Assembly: GCA_964549185.1 (NCBI GenBank)
Contig: CAZJUI010000002.1
Location: 28,409-92,408 of the forward strand
Length of the DNA: 64,000 bases
Source: Candidatus Woesearchaeota archaeon
Lineage (GTDB): Archaea; Nanobdellota; Nanobdellia; SCGC-AAA011-G17; JAGVZF01
Direction: 5' to 3'
The notes beneath the pieces were generated by a model. The model did not search any database and had not been told where the DNA came from. It saw only the letters and a list, made by a program, of their open reading frames with translations. This document shows, one piece after another, positions 1 through 9,695 of the stretch; the stretch's first letter is position 1, and every line of letters starts with the position of its first letter. The position numbers were made by a program, and so were the translations under genes.

Positions 1-299
1 AGATCCTATTGCACCAAATACTTTGCCAATATTAAACCCACGTTTCACTTTATTCTCTAAACTATCTGGTTCAGCTCTTGCGGTATCAATATTTTCAATT
101 TTTTTAACAGGTTTTACTTGAATAGTATCATTATATCCAAAACCTCTAAGACTACTATTTAATTCTCTGAGCCTTTGACTTTGACTTTTGATATTTGGTA
201 ATATTTGTTCCTTAGCATAAGCCATAGTTGGCGAAGCTATAGCTAATGATAAAGCAGTCAATAGGGCACTTCTTGTTAATTTTCTATTACTATTTCCCA
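1..299 (-). CDS. Partial secreted hypothetical protein (runs off left edge); 5' end has an apparent 1-nt frameshift
   Basis: Open minus frame 1-282 reads KLTRSALLTALSLAIASPTMAYA-KEQILP... (signal-peptide-like). The ATG at 299 is one base out of frame; in-frame alternatives are TTG 261 and ATG 225. Confidence 0.55.
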
Positions 300-360
300 T
301 TTTACAACTACAATATAATTATTACAAAATATATTTTTAAGTGTCTATTTATAAACTTTT

Positions 361-1494
361 CTATTTATCTTTTCTTCCTTTATCTTCCCTGTGCTCAGAA
401 TTACTTTCATCTCTTTTTTCCTCTTTTTTTTCTCCTTTCTCTCCAGAAGCAGCGCTGTTATCACTTCTCTCTTGTTGCTTCTCTTCTTTTTTCTCCTGTC
501 CCTTGTTTACTGGAACATTTGAAGTAGGAACATATTCAACATCTCTTACATGTGATTTTTCTTTCTTTTCCTGCTCTTTATTTACATTATCGTTATTTTT
601 GTTATTTGATTTATTAGAATTATTTTCTTCATGTTTAATTTGATTGTCATCTGCATGCTTATTCTTATGCTCTTCATCTTTTCCATTATTCTCTTTATTA
701 CCATTTTGATTATTATTATCATCAGAAGTTTGATCTTTCCCATTATCTTTTTCTTCCTTATCATCTTTTTTGTCTTGTCCATTATTTTCTTCATTATCAT
801 TAGAACCTTGATCATCATCTTCATTCTCTTCATCATCACTTTCTCTTTCATCATCATCATCATGTTTCTCTTTTCTCTTTTCTTCCTTTACTTCTTTCTT
901 ATCTTCTTTTTCTTTATCATCATCTTCATGAACTGTTGGAGTTAAAACATTAAATGTATCAACTGCATTTAATTTCTTTCCATCAATATAAACATTAAAC
1001 ATGACTCTATAACTTCCAGGATGTAAATTTTCCGGAGTTTGCCACTCAACATGATAAGTTAATCCATCGCTTACTGATTCTTGATATCCATATCCATACC
1101 CGTAACCATATCCATATCCAGGATTATTATAACCATATCCATATCCTAAATTTGTTCCTAACATCCAAATTTGAATATCCTCATAGGTTTTAGGATTATT
1201 CAAACTTCCTTTATATCTTACACACTCATAACTTCCTTTATCATCAATTGAACAAACAAACTTATCAACATGATTTTGTTCTTTCCCATTTTTGTTTGCA
1301 AAATATTCTATTATTAATTCTGCTTTATCAACATGATCACTATTTACATCTATATCAAACTTTAATAATCCGCCCTTGTTAACATCACTAATATTATCAA
1401 TTGACAAAGAATATGCTTTGGCTGGTCCAGCCATTACCAAAACACCCACTACTATGAGTGAAATTATAACTCCGAAGATTTTTTGTTTTTGCAT
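361..1494 (-). CDS. Secreted GY-repeat Ig-like protein with long D/E/K/N low-complexity tail
   Basis: Signal peptide ending AGPAKA; GYGYGYNNPGYGYGYGYGYGY; paralogous to 6570-7052 (YECxRxxGSxNNPKxYxDI, EWxTPxxLxPGxY, TFxVLTP). Confidence 0.85.
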   Translation of the reverse strand: MQKQKIFGVIISLIVVGVLVMAGPAKAYSLSIDNISDVNKGGLLKFDIDVNSDHVDKAELIIEYFANKNGKEQNHVDKFVCSIDDKGSYECVRYKGSLNNPKTYEDIQIWMLGTNLGYGYGYNNPGYGYGYGYGYGYQESVSDGLTYHVEWQTPENLHPGSYRVMFNVYIDGKKLNAVDTFNVLTPTVHEDDDKEKEDKKEVKEEKRKEKHDDDDERESDDEENEDDDQGSNDNEENNGQDKKDDKEEKDNGKDQTSDDNNNQNGNKENNGKDEEHKNKHADDNQIKHEENNSNKSNNKNNDNVNKEQEKKEKSHVRDVEYVPTSNVPVNKGQEKKEEKQQERSDNSAASGEKGEKKEEKRDESNSEHREDKGRKDK

Positions 1495-1662
1495 ATCGTG
1501 ATAGAGATAAAGAAAAATATATAAATGTTACCATTTTTAAATGGCTAAAATAGCAATATTTATAAATCGAAATAACAAAAGTTTTTTAAAAGTTATGTTT
1601 TGAAAAATTAAAATGGAATTGGAATATGAACTAAAATCATTAATGAAAATAAAAAAATAATT

Positions 1663-2115
1663 CTATCTTTTTATTTCTATATTAACACCAGCTAATTCCT
1701 CCAGATTGTGACTTTTATTATTAAAAGAAATCTTTGGAATTATTATATCATTATCAGTTAGATTTAGATTTTTAACATCATTCCTAAATACTGGAAAATC
1801 ATTTAATTGGATTATATCATCATACCATTCTTTTTTATTGCTGGAAATTATGTACATCCCGCTATCGTCCTTATGGCAAAGTAAAACAGGTTTTTCTTTA
1901 ATTGAATAAAGATACAATCCATTAAATTGATTGCATCCTAAGATAAAATCACAATTTTTTATAAGATTTTTATAATCAGCAACGTTTCCACTTAGAAAAA
2001 CATCCAGTCCATAATCTGTAAATGTAAGATATATATCACCGCAAAAATCTTTATCTATGTCATATTTTGTTTCTTCCTTAAAATTAACTCCAATTAATCT
2101 TATATTTGCTGTCAT
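1663..2115 (-). CDS. Hypothetical protein
   Basis: 150-aa ORF, normal composition, co-oriented with neighbours. Confidence 0.75.
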   Translation of the reverse strand: MTANIRLIGVNFKEETKYDIDKDFCGDIYLTFTDYGLDVFLSGNVADYKNLIKNCDFILGCNQFNGLYLYSIKEKPVLLCHKDDSGMYIISSNKKEWYDDIIQLNDFPVFRNDVKNLNLTDNDIIIPKISFNNKSHNLEELAGVNIEIKR

Positions 2116-2139
2116 AAAATAACATTCCCCAAATAATAT

Positions 2140-2649
2140 TTAAATTTTATCATCTAAACTTCCTTTGTGTCTATTGATTAATCTTCTTTTAGCATTATTT
2201 ACTTGATATCTTCCAATTTCATAAATGCCGGAAATAACATTGGTAGCTACAGGTAATAATAAAAATTCTTCTTTGCCGTGTCTTGCCAATTGATAATAAC
2301 CAAAAACTTGCATTCCAACTCCGCAAACGCCTGCAAGGATAGAAGACACCGTAATAACATGATCTGTTTTTGTATATATTCTATTTTTTTCTTCCTCTGA
2401 AACTGGCTCTTTAAAATATCTGATTGCACTAGCGATGCTATAAGGAAAAATATTTATTAAAGCCATAATTGCAACAGCTTCCTCCAAAATAGAATTTTTA
2501 AATTTCAAATTTTTAACAGAATCTACAAAATTATTTCCAATCTCTTTAGCAATCTCGCTTTTTGTAGGAACATAATTCTCTGGGTCTACATATTTCTTAA
2601 TTTTCTTTTTATCCACACTTAATTTTCTTAAATCATCATCTATTGGCAT
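2140..2649 (-). CDS. Hypothetical membrane protein (paralogue of 2654-3196)
   Basis: Hydrophobic segments; shared NIxPYxIA and EF/VxLxPxxTNxxSGxYE motifs. Confidence 0.8.
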   Translation of the reverse strand: MPIDDDLRKLSVDKKKIKKYVDPENYVPTKSEIAKEIGNNFVDSVKNLKFKNSILEEAVAIMALINIFPYSIASAIRYFKEPVSEEEKNRIYTKTDHVITVSSILAGVCGVGMQVFGYYQLARHGKEEFLLLPVATNVISGIYEIGRYQVNNAKRRLINRHKGSLDDKI

Positions 2650-2653
2650 TTTA

Positions 2654-3196
2654 TTAATCTATTTTATTTTCCAAATCTTTTTTATGTTTTTCAATTAGTT
2701 TATTTTTAGCTGCTCTTCTAAGCTCATAAACCCCGGATACAGAATTTGTAATTCCAGGAATTAAAAAAACTTCAGGATGTTTAAATTGAAGTGTCATAAC
2801 AAGATAAGCTATGCCTTGTGTAACTCCTCCTATTAATCCACCAAATAATTGTCCATAAGACTTTGGGTCAAGTAATTTTTTTTCTTTAGTATAAGGAAAT
2901 ACCCGACCTTTTTCTTCATGTATTCTAACATTTGTAGCAATTGCATATGGGATAATATTTGCATAAATTGCCGCACTTAAAAACTGTACAAATCCATACT
3001 CCATATATTTCTTATCATTAACAAAATCTTTTAAACAACTTCCCATCTCTTTAACAATATCTTTATTAGATGGAGCATATTCTTTTTTGACATTATCATC
3101 AATATATTTTTCAATCCTTTTTCTTTTTTCTACAGGCAAATCTTCTAAAACATCATCTATAGTTCTATTACCTTGTTTCTTTTTTCCAAACGCCAT
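2654..3196 (-). CDS. Hypothetical membrane protein (paralogue of 2140-2649)
   Basis: Likely start MAFGKKK at 3196, downstream of a TTTATAA box; motifs shared with neighbour. Confidence 0.8.
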   Translation of the reverse strand: MAFGKKKQGNRTIDDVLEDLPVEKRKRIEKYIDDNVKKEYAPSNKDIVKEMGSCLKDFVNDKKYMEYGFVQFLSAAIYANIIPYAIATNVRIHEEKGRVFPYTKEKKLLDPKSYGQLFGGLIGGVTQGIAYLVMTLQFKHPEVFLIPGITNSVSGVYELRRAAKNKLIEKHKKDLENKID

Positions 3197-3393
3197 ATTT
3201 TCATTATGATTAAAAAGATTTATAAAACTATCTATAATAACGACTAACCAGTAAGTAAGATAAATAACATAAATAAAACTTATAAAAATCTTTAAATATA
3301 TCTTTATCATTCATTTTATCCTAATAATGATTAAAACAAGAAGAAACTTACCTTTAACAGAAACAATATTTTGTATTTCTGATATATTAAAAA

Positions 3394-4149
3394 ATGAAAA
3401 CTCACTTAATCTATGATGAAAGAGTACTAATGGGGGGAGCATTAGACACTGCAATTAGTGAAACAGCAATATATATCTATAACAAAGAAAAATTACAACA
3501 TTCAGAATTTTTTGGCGTTCCATCATCCAATAGGCAAGAATCTCTAAAAGCGATATACCAAGAATATTTGTTTCCAGGAATATTTGAATCATCATTATCC
3601 CCCAAAGGAGAAAGTTTTAAGACAATAAAATCTAAACTTGAAGAAGATCACTTAAAATTTTTTACATCTTCCTTATCAAAAAATTACCCTTCAGACTCAA
3701 GGCCACATATTCACAATATGATAAACAAAAACCGTGATGTTACATTGTTAACAATTCTTCCTTTTTATTTATTTTTAATAGCATATAATATTAATAAAAA
3801 TCCATTCATTGAATTTATACAAACAAACAAATTAACAATTTTAACTCCGGCAGAATATGCAAAAAAAGATCCACAGTTAAAGTATATTATTAATTCATTG
3901 GTAAATTATGTAAAAGAGGAGATTAATAAACGCGAAAGAACAATTTTTACAGGACCAAGTCTGGAAAACATTAAAGAAATAAGCAAATCTTTGGGAAAAA
4001 ATATAGATAAAAAAAGGATAGTTTTATGTAGTCCAACACGTCCCGGAGAAGAATTTCCACCATATTATTATGTTCCAAATATTTCTAAATTGGAAGATGT
4101 TGTGGAAGCTTTAGAAGCAGACAATGTTATAGATATCTTAGGAAAATGA
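3394..4149 (+). CDS. Hypothetical protein, degenerate HAD-fold-like; paralogue 1 of 3
   Basis: LIYDE..L.G(G)A N-terminus, YP.DS..HI..M...R..T(L/I)(L/I)T.LP, LxILTP motifs shared with the next two genes. Confidence 0.75.
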   Translation: MKTHLIYDERVLMGGALDTAISETAIYIYNKEKLQHSEFFGVPSSNRQESLKAIYQEYLFPGIFESSLSPKGESFKTIKSKLEEDHLKFFTSSLSKNYPSDSRPHIHNMINKNRDVTLLTILPFYLFLIAYNINKNPFIEFIQTNKLTILTPAEYAKKDPQLKYIINSLVNYVKEEINKRERTIFTGPSLENIKEISKSLGKNIDKKRIVLCSPTRPGEEFPPYYYVPNISKLEDVVEALEADNVIDILGK

Positions 4150-4904
4150 CAAAAATAATCTATGATGATAAAGTGCTTGTAAAAGGAGCTGTAACAAACT
4201 CTTTGGATAGTTTGACTAATGAACTCTCTAATGATCCTGTAATAAGCTCTAAAGTTTACGATATGTTAACCAATAAAGAATCAAAACAGGAAGATTCTGT
4301 TAAGAAAATAATTGCTGACGAAATGCATGAATTATATATTAAAGCTTCATTATCTCCATTAGAAGAATCCTATAAATTGTTTAAAGATAAGTTAGGCGAA
4401 CTTACAACAAAACACCTATTTTACATTCTAGCTCAAAATTACCCAAAATCTTCTGTTGAACATATTAATAATATCCTTAAAAATGATAAAAATATTGTTT
4501 TGTTGACAAGAATGCCATTACTTTTTTTTAATGCTATTCACACGATGGATGAAAATCAGGAATTTAAAACAGCAATTGAAAAAGAAAGATTAAAAGTCCT
4601 TACACCTTACAATTTCTATCGCAAACATTTCCTAGTTGATGAAAAAAATGCAATAACTCGAGGTTCCATAGATTCAGCATTACTCTTACAGGCATCAAAA
4701 GAATTTCAAGAAGAAAAAAACAATACATTGTACGTTAGTAGTCATCTGAGAGATGTATTATTAATGAGGGAAAATATTACAGAAGATTTAAAAAATACCA
4801 AGATAGTAAAGCATGTTGGAAGTCAACACCCTCCAAAATGTAAATTATTGGATGGATGTTTCCTAGATTTGCTTGAGCTTGAATCATATTTGAAAACAGC
4901 ATGA
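4146..4904 (+). CDS. Hypothetical protein, degenerate HAD-fold-like; paralogue 2 of 3
   Basis: IIYDDKVLVKGA, YPKSSVEHI, VLLTRMP, VLTPYN; ATGA overlap with the upstream gene. Confidence 0.75.
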   Translation: MTKIIYDDKVLVKGAVTNSLDSLTNELSNDPVISSKVYDMLTNKESKQEDSVKKIIADEMHELYIKASLSPLEESYKLFKDKLGELTTKHLFYILAQNYPKSSVEHINNILKNDKNIVLLTRMPLLFFNAIHTMDENQEFKTAIEKERLKVLTPYNFYRKHFLVDEKNAITRGSIDSALLLQASKEFQEEKNNTLYVSSHLRDVLLMRENITEDLKNTKIVKHVGSQHPPKCKLLDGCFLDLLELESYLKTA

Positions 4905-5698
4905 AAACACATTTAATCTACGATGAAGCTGCATTAACAAAAGGAGCAGTGAACAAAGCATTAGAAAGCACATCCACTTTAATATACTTGTTCGAAAGTT
5001 CTCAAGATTCAAGCTTATTCCATGGTGTTTCAAAAGAAAAAGCAGTAAAAGCAATCTATGTTCAAAGATTATTTCCGGCATTTATTAGAGCCTCTCTTTT
5101 GCCAGAAAAACAAGGCTATCAATCTTTATTATCTGAATTTAAACTTGAAGATGTAGAAGCTATCTCTAGTTTTCTAAAGCAATATTATCCAACAGATTCA
5201 AAAAAGCATATTCTTGATATGTTAAGCAATGACAGAAAGATAACAATAATCACAAGACTTCCCACTTATCTGTTCGCAGAGGTATACAACTTAAACGAAA
5301 AATCTGATTTTTATTTTGCTGTAAAGAATAATAGTCTTGTGATACTTACGCCTTATAATTATTTCCCAAGAAACAGGCTTGCAGTATCTTATACAATGGA
5401 AAATGAAATAATTCAGTATACAGTATCAGAAATATTAAATTCCAGGGCAAAATTAACATTCTTTGTAAATCCATTAATAGATTATATTAAAAGTATCGGC
5501 CACAGCATAAAAGGAATTTCAGAAAACAAGACTACAGTGTTAATTAATGATGAACGTCCTGAAGATACAGAGTTCATAGATCATTACGTTCCGGATTTCG
5601 AGAGATTAGAAGATTTAGTGGAAGTTCAGGAAGTAGATAATCTTAAAGATGTCTTGAATTTTCCATATATAAAAGATAAACCCAATCAAAACCTTTAA
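4901..5698 (+). CDS. Hypothetical protein, degenerate HAD-fold-like; paralogue 3 of 3
   Basis: MKTHLIYDE identical to paralogue 1; ATGA overlap. Confidence 0.75.
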   Translation: MKTHLIYDEAALTKGAVNKALESTSTLIYLFESSQDSSLFHGVSKEKAVKAIYVQRLFPAFIRASLLPEKQGYQSLLSEFKLEDVEAISSFLKQYYPTDSKKHILDMLSNDRKITIITRLPTYLFAEVYNLNEKSDFYFAVKNNSLVILTPYNYFPRNRLAVSYTMENEIIQYTVSEILNSRAKLTFFVNPLIDYIKSIGHSIKGISENKTTVLINDERPEDTEFIDHYVPDFERLEDLVEVQEVDNLKDVLNFPYIKDKPNQNL

Positions 5699-5722
5699 AA
5701 TCTTTTCTGATATTTTACAATT

Positions 5723-6556
5723 ATGAAAGAAATCATATTCGGTAATGGTTATCTTGCATCTAGACTAAAAGAGGAATTAAAATATGAAACAGTCTCAAGA
5801 TCTCAGGTAGATACTACGGATTTGTCAAGAGTAAGAAGATTTTTAGATTTAGCAAAGCCTTCAGTTGTGATAAACGCCATCGGATTAACAGGCGGCCCTG
5901 GAGCCAAAGGAATTGACTACTGTGAATTGCATAAAGAACAGACAATAGCATCAAATATTACATCACCAATAAATATTGCAAGCGAATGTTCTTTACGAGA
6001 AATATATTTTGTACATTTTGGAAGCGGTTGTATTTATAATGGATATGAAAAGGCCTGGACAGAAATAGATACCCCAAACTTTTATGGTCCTCAGTTTTAT
6101 GCTAAGACAAAGATAGATGCTGAAAGACTTCTAAATCTTCTTCCACATCCTGGATTAATATTAAGGATAAGAATGCCCATTGATAATAGATCTCATCCAA
6201 GAAATTTAGTTGACAAGCTAAGAAACTATCAGAAAGTTATTGATGCTCAAAACTCAATGACAACAGTCCCGCACATGATAAAAGCCATAAATTATCTTGT
6301 TAATGAAAGAGTAGAAGGAACAGTTAATTTTACAAACCCCGGAACAATATCAGCAGCTGAAATAATGGGATTATATAACAAATTTATTATGTCACATTCA
6401 TTTGGTATAATGTCCTTAAAAGAACTTGATTCAGAAACTATCGGAAAAAGATCAAATTGTGTATTGGATACAACAAAACTAGAGAGTATACTTCCAAATG
6501 CAATAAAGCTTCCCGAAATTCATAAAGCTGTTGAAGAATGTTTAGCTAAATATTAA
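5723..6556 (+). CDS. NDP-4-keto-6-deoxyhexose reductase, RmlD/NRS-ER (3,5-epimerase/4-reductase)-like extended SDR
   Basis: GNGYLA Rossmann motif, GSGCIY, YAKTK (YxxxK), LRIRMPI, NSMT, NFTNPG, RSNCVLDT. Confidence 0.85.
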   Translation: MKEIIFGNGYLASRLKEELKYETVSRSQVDTTDLSRVRRFLDLAKPSVVINAIGLTGGPGAKGIDYCELHKEQTIASNITSPINIASECSLREIYFVHFGSGCIYNGYEKAWTEIDTPNFYGPQFYAKTKIDAERLLNLLPHPGLILRIRMPIDNRSHPRNLVDKLRNYQKVIDAQNSMTTVPHMIKAINYLVNERVEGTVNFTNPGTISAAEIMGLYNKFIMSHSFGIMSLKELDSETIGKRSNCVLDTTKLESILPNAIKLPEIHKAVEECLAKY

Positions 6557-6569
6557 AAAAATAAAAAAT

Positions 6570-7052
6570 TTATTTAGGCTTTGCTGGTGTTAATACACTA
6601 AATGTATCACTTTCTGTTACTGGACTTCCATTAATCATCGCTGTTAATGTTGCTTTATAATTTCCAGGCTGTAAACTTGTTGGTGTATTCCATTCAATTC
6701 CATATAATGTACTTCCCGGATTATATCCATATCCAAAATCATTTACTAGATTTATTAAAATATCATTGTATGGTTTTGGATTGTTAAAACTTCCTTGGCT
6801 TCTTGTACATTCATAGCTTCCATCATTTGCTATCTCACATTTAATAATATCTAACTTAGCACCTAAATTTTCTATAGTTAAAGTTGCACTAGTTACTTGT
6901 CCTGTAAAGTTAACATCAAAGTCTACTGTTTGTCCTTTGTTGACATCTGCAATATTGCTTATGCTAGAAGTTACAGCTTTCGCTCCTCCAGCCAAGAATA
7001 AAGCACTTATAACTAACACAGAAAATATCGTTCCTATAATCTTTTCTTTCAT
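6570..7052 (-). CDS. Small secreted GY-motif Ig-like protein
   Basis: SD GGGGGTGA 5 nt before ATG 7052; signal peptide ending AGGAKA; FGYGYNPG; paralogue of 361-1494. Confidence 0.85.
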   Translation of the reverse strand: MKEKIIGTIFSVLVISALFLAGGAKAVTSSISNIADVNKGQTVDFDVNFTGQVTSATLTIENLGAKLDIIKCEIANDGSYECTRSQGSFNNPKPYNDILINLVNDFGYGYNPGSTLYGIEWNTPTSLQPGNYKATLTAMINGSPVTESDTFSVLTPAKPK

Positions 7053-7168
7053 TGCTATCACCCCCGTTCATAAAGAACATATTTGTTCAAAATAACGATA
7101 TATAAGCTTTATGCATTACTGATTTCACTTTGCATTAAAATGACATGATTTTTAACTAAAAGTAAGTA

Positions 7169-7203
7169 TTAATTTTGAACTAAAACTAATTCTTTTTTAC
7201 TTT
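7169..7203 (-). repeat. Displaced copy of the 3' end of gene 8599-8922 (direct repeat of 8599-8633)
   Basis: 33/35 nt identical; encodes SKKELVLVQN* versus SKKELVLVQH*; contains the stop codon of 7197-7883. Confidence 0.9.
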
Positions 7204-7883
7204 AATGCTTTATCACTAGAAACAATTTTACAAATTTTTCCTACTTGCTCTATATCTACATCAAATTTCTTTTCTATGAATACACCTTTAAAAGAATCAA
7301 TAAAATTTTTATCGTTTATAGTATGATCTAACCTCTTAAGATTTTCCTTTATTTTATCTAAATATCCAATAAATAAAAACCTCTTTATTAATCCTAAATC
7401 CGTATCTTTTGCTAATGCTGCTATATCTCTGAAATCTGTCAATCTTCCAGAATGAATTTTCATAACTATCAATAATTCTTTTATCGGTATTTTACCTGAA
7501 ACCTCTTTTTCAACTCCTATGATTTTCCTTTTGATTGAATTATCAGCAAGTAATCTATAACTAAATGAGGCATTTGTTGTTCTCGAGGCTAAGGCATCTA
7601 TTAATATATCAATACTTGCATTATCTTTTTCATATCTCATAAATCTTGAAGAATAAATATTTTTTAGTTCTTTTGAAATAACTTTCTTAAATTTTTCTTT
7701 TGTTAATATTTGTTCAAATTTATTTAAATCTGCACTTTCAATAACAATATCTGCATCGACAGAAAACCTATGCTTGAATGAAGAAACTGCATATCCACCG
7801 ACAATTATAAAATCTAACTTTTTTTCTATAAATTTTTGTAAAATATAAAATATCTCATTTTCTTTCTTTATCAGTTCTTCCAT
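7197..7883 (-). CDS. Nucleotidyltransferase-fold protein, putative AbiEii/type IV TA-like toxin
   Basis: IIVGGYAV...RFSVDADIV (GG + DxD), DILID, MK..SGR.TDFRD. Confidence 0.75.
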   Translation of the reverse strand: MEELIKKENEIFYILQKFIEKKLDFIIVGGYAVSSFKHRFSVDADIVIESADLNKFEQILTKEKFKKVISKELKNIYSSRFMRYEKDNASIDILIDALASRTTNASFSYRLLADNSIKRKIIGVEKEVSGKIPIKELLIVMKIHSGRLTDFRDIAALAKDTDLGLIKRFLFIGYLDKIKENLKRLDHTINDKNFIDSFKGVFIEKKFDVDIEQVGKICKIVSSDKALK

Positions 7884-7890
7884 TTTATCA

Positions 7891-8529
7891 CTATAAAAAG
7901 TTAGTTTCTCTATATTTTATATTTAAGTTTTTATTATACATTTCATTAATCATTTCTAAAGCTGGTTCAAAATTATATATATTTTTTTGCATAAATCTTA
8001 TTGTTTCATCCAATGGTTCAACCAAAAAATTACCTTTTTTAACATATTTAAATCTTTCTAAAATCTCTGGAGCAAAGAAAACTTTTTTTTTCGAGTTAAC
8101 TTTTAAATCTAATTTTTTACAATATTCTAAAAAGATATCATAATCCGATTTCTTAATTTTAATAAATATTGGATAATATTCTTTGTATCTGGCTACATTA
8201 TATCTTCCTTCAGTCCAGACATAGACTGCATCTGTTTTTGTAAAACAATATTCTATTCCAAATAAACTTAAAATAGAATAATAATGACTAATATCATTAA
8301 AATTATTTTGTATAAACTTTAATATTATTTTGTATGTTGAATTTTCTTTTTGTAAGGTGACTCCGCGCCATCTTTCCTTAAAAATGCCTTCTTTTATTAA
8401 TTCTTCGATCCATTTATGTGTCCAGCCATATGACAATCCAATTCTTTTGGAAATAGAGCTCACGCTATCTTGGTCTCTTGCAGATATCAATATTTTCATT
8501 ACATATGGATTTATCAAGTCAAATTTCAT
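7891..8529 (-). CDS. wHTH-containing partner protein (putative antitoxin/regulator)
   Basis: N-terminal HTH (SISKRIGLSYGWTHKWIEEL); operonic with the nucleotidyltransferase. Confidence 0.7.
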   Translation of the reverse strand: MKFDLINPYVMKILISARDQDSVSSISKRIGLSYGWTHKWIEELIKEGIFKERWRGVTLQKENSTYKIILKFIQNNFNDISHYYSILSLFGIEYCFTKTDAVYVWTEGRYNVARYKEYYPIFIKIKKSDYDIFLEYCKKLDLKVNSKKKVFFAPEILERFKYVKKGNFLVEPLDETIRFMQKNIYNFEPALEMINEMYNKNLNIKYRETNFL

Positions 8530-8598
8530 ACTATCACTATAATGATACTATATAAAAACCTTTCTATTATCTTATTTTATATAAAATACTTTAAATTA

Positions 8599-8922
8599 TC
8601 AATGTTGAACTAAAACTAATTCTTTTTTACTTTGTTTCTCAATTTCTGAATCAACAACACTCCAATAATAATTAATAAATTTTTCAACTTGCGGATTTTC
8701 CCTGTTTAATTTATACATCTTTGCTTTTCCAACATCTCTCGTATGATTAACTATCTTTCTCTTAACAAAATCTTTCCATATTTCTTTTAAACTAGTATAA
8801 CTTATTTCTGAAAACTTAGCAATATCTCTCATAGAATAATCAAATTCAGAATGAACTATCAAAAAGTTCCAGATCCTGTTTCTTACAGTATTTCCTTCTA
8901 GTTTTAAAAACAATTTTTTCAT
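8599..8922 (-). CDS. Winged-HTH protein
   Basis: DYSMRDIAKFSEISYTSL...TRDVGKAKMYKLN wHTH pattern. Confidence 0.8.
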   Translation of the reverse strand: MKKLFLKLEGNTVRNRIWNFLIVHSEFDYSMRDIAKFSEISYTSLKEIWKDFVKRKIVNHTRDVGKAKMYKLNRENPQVEKFINYYWSVVDSEIEKQSKKELVLVQH

Positions 8923-9031
8923 TTTCTAAGTTTTTTCTTAGATTCTTATTAGAAATTAATTGACCCTTTTTTTTCATTAATATAACTTTCTTCAAGTAAT
9001 TTTTTCTCTTGAAATGTTAAGATATTATATT
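8923..9031 (-). pseudogene. Possible decayed 3' remnant of an antitoxin gene
   Basis: Reads ILTFQEKKLLEESYINEKKG[frameshift]QLISNKNLRKNLE, resembling C-termini of archaeal RelB-like antitoxins. Confidence 0.3.
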
Positions 9032-9412
9032 TCATATTTTTATTCCAAGTTTAATTTCGTCATATCTTAATATAGGTTTTGCAAGTTTTCTACTTGTTTT
9101 TTCTTTTATGATCTCTATTAATCCTACATCTTTTAATATTTTTATATCAGTGGTAATGCTTTTTCTATCTCTTTTTGCTATTCTTGAAAGCTCATAAATT
9201 GATTTTGGTTTATTTAATTTTATTAAATGTAAAAGTTCTAATCTCTTTTTAGTTAAAGTTTTTTTGAACAATTCTAGATTATCAAAAGATACACTAGTCT
9301 CACTCTTCGGAAATATGCCTTTATCTAAATCTTTAAATACTTTCTCAGTCCTATCCCAAAATGCATTTGAGGGTTCTATTCTTACATTAATTTCCTTTGT
9401 TTTTATTACCAT
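9032..9412 (-). CDS. HTH transcriptional regulator / antitoxin partner of DUF6516-like protein
   Basis: LTKKRLELL...PKSIYELSRIAKRDRKSITTDIKIL; overlaps the upstream gene. Confidence 0.8.
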   Translation of the reverse strand: MVIKTKEINVRIEPSNAFWDRTEKVFKDLDKGIFPKSETSVSFDNLELFKKTLTKKRLELLHLIKLNKPKSIYELSRIAKRDRKSITTDIKILKDVGLIEIIKEKTSRKLAKPILRYDEIKLGIKI

Positions 9413-9695
9413 TTTCCATTTCTCCAACTTCTTTTCTAAATTTTTTTATTAAATCATATATATTTGTAAATTCATATTTGAATTCTTTTTCATAAATATG
9501 TTTATGATGTCCTTTTGAAGCCTCATTATCATATCCCAATATTCTTTTTCCATTTCTTATTAAAACCAATGCATATCTTATTCCTTCTGGGAATTTATCA
9601 CTCTTAGGAACCTTTGTAATTTTTATTTCTGTTATATAATTATTAAAAACTTTTTTAGTATGGTAAATCACTTTAGTTGTAATTACTATCACCAT
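9387..9695 (-). CDS. DUF6516/TumE-like putative toxin
   Basis: KVPKSDKFPEGIRY.L...RILGYDN...GHHKH motif; likely start 9695. Confidence 0.75.
   Translation of the reverse strand: MVIVITTKVIYHTKKVFNNYITEIKITKVPKSDKFPEGIRYALVLIRNGKRILGYDNEASKGHHKHIYEKEFKYEFTNIYDLIKKFRKEVGEMENGNKNKGN

Noticed and set aside
246..945. ORFs 246-527, 341-643, 582-863, 631-945
   Set aside because: Shadow frames of the low-complexity tail of 361-1494.
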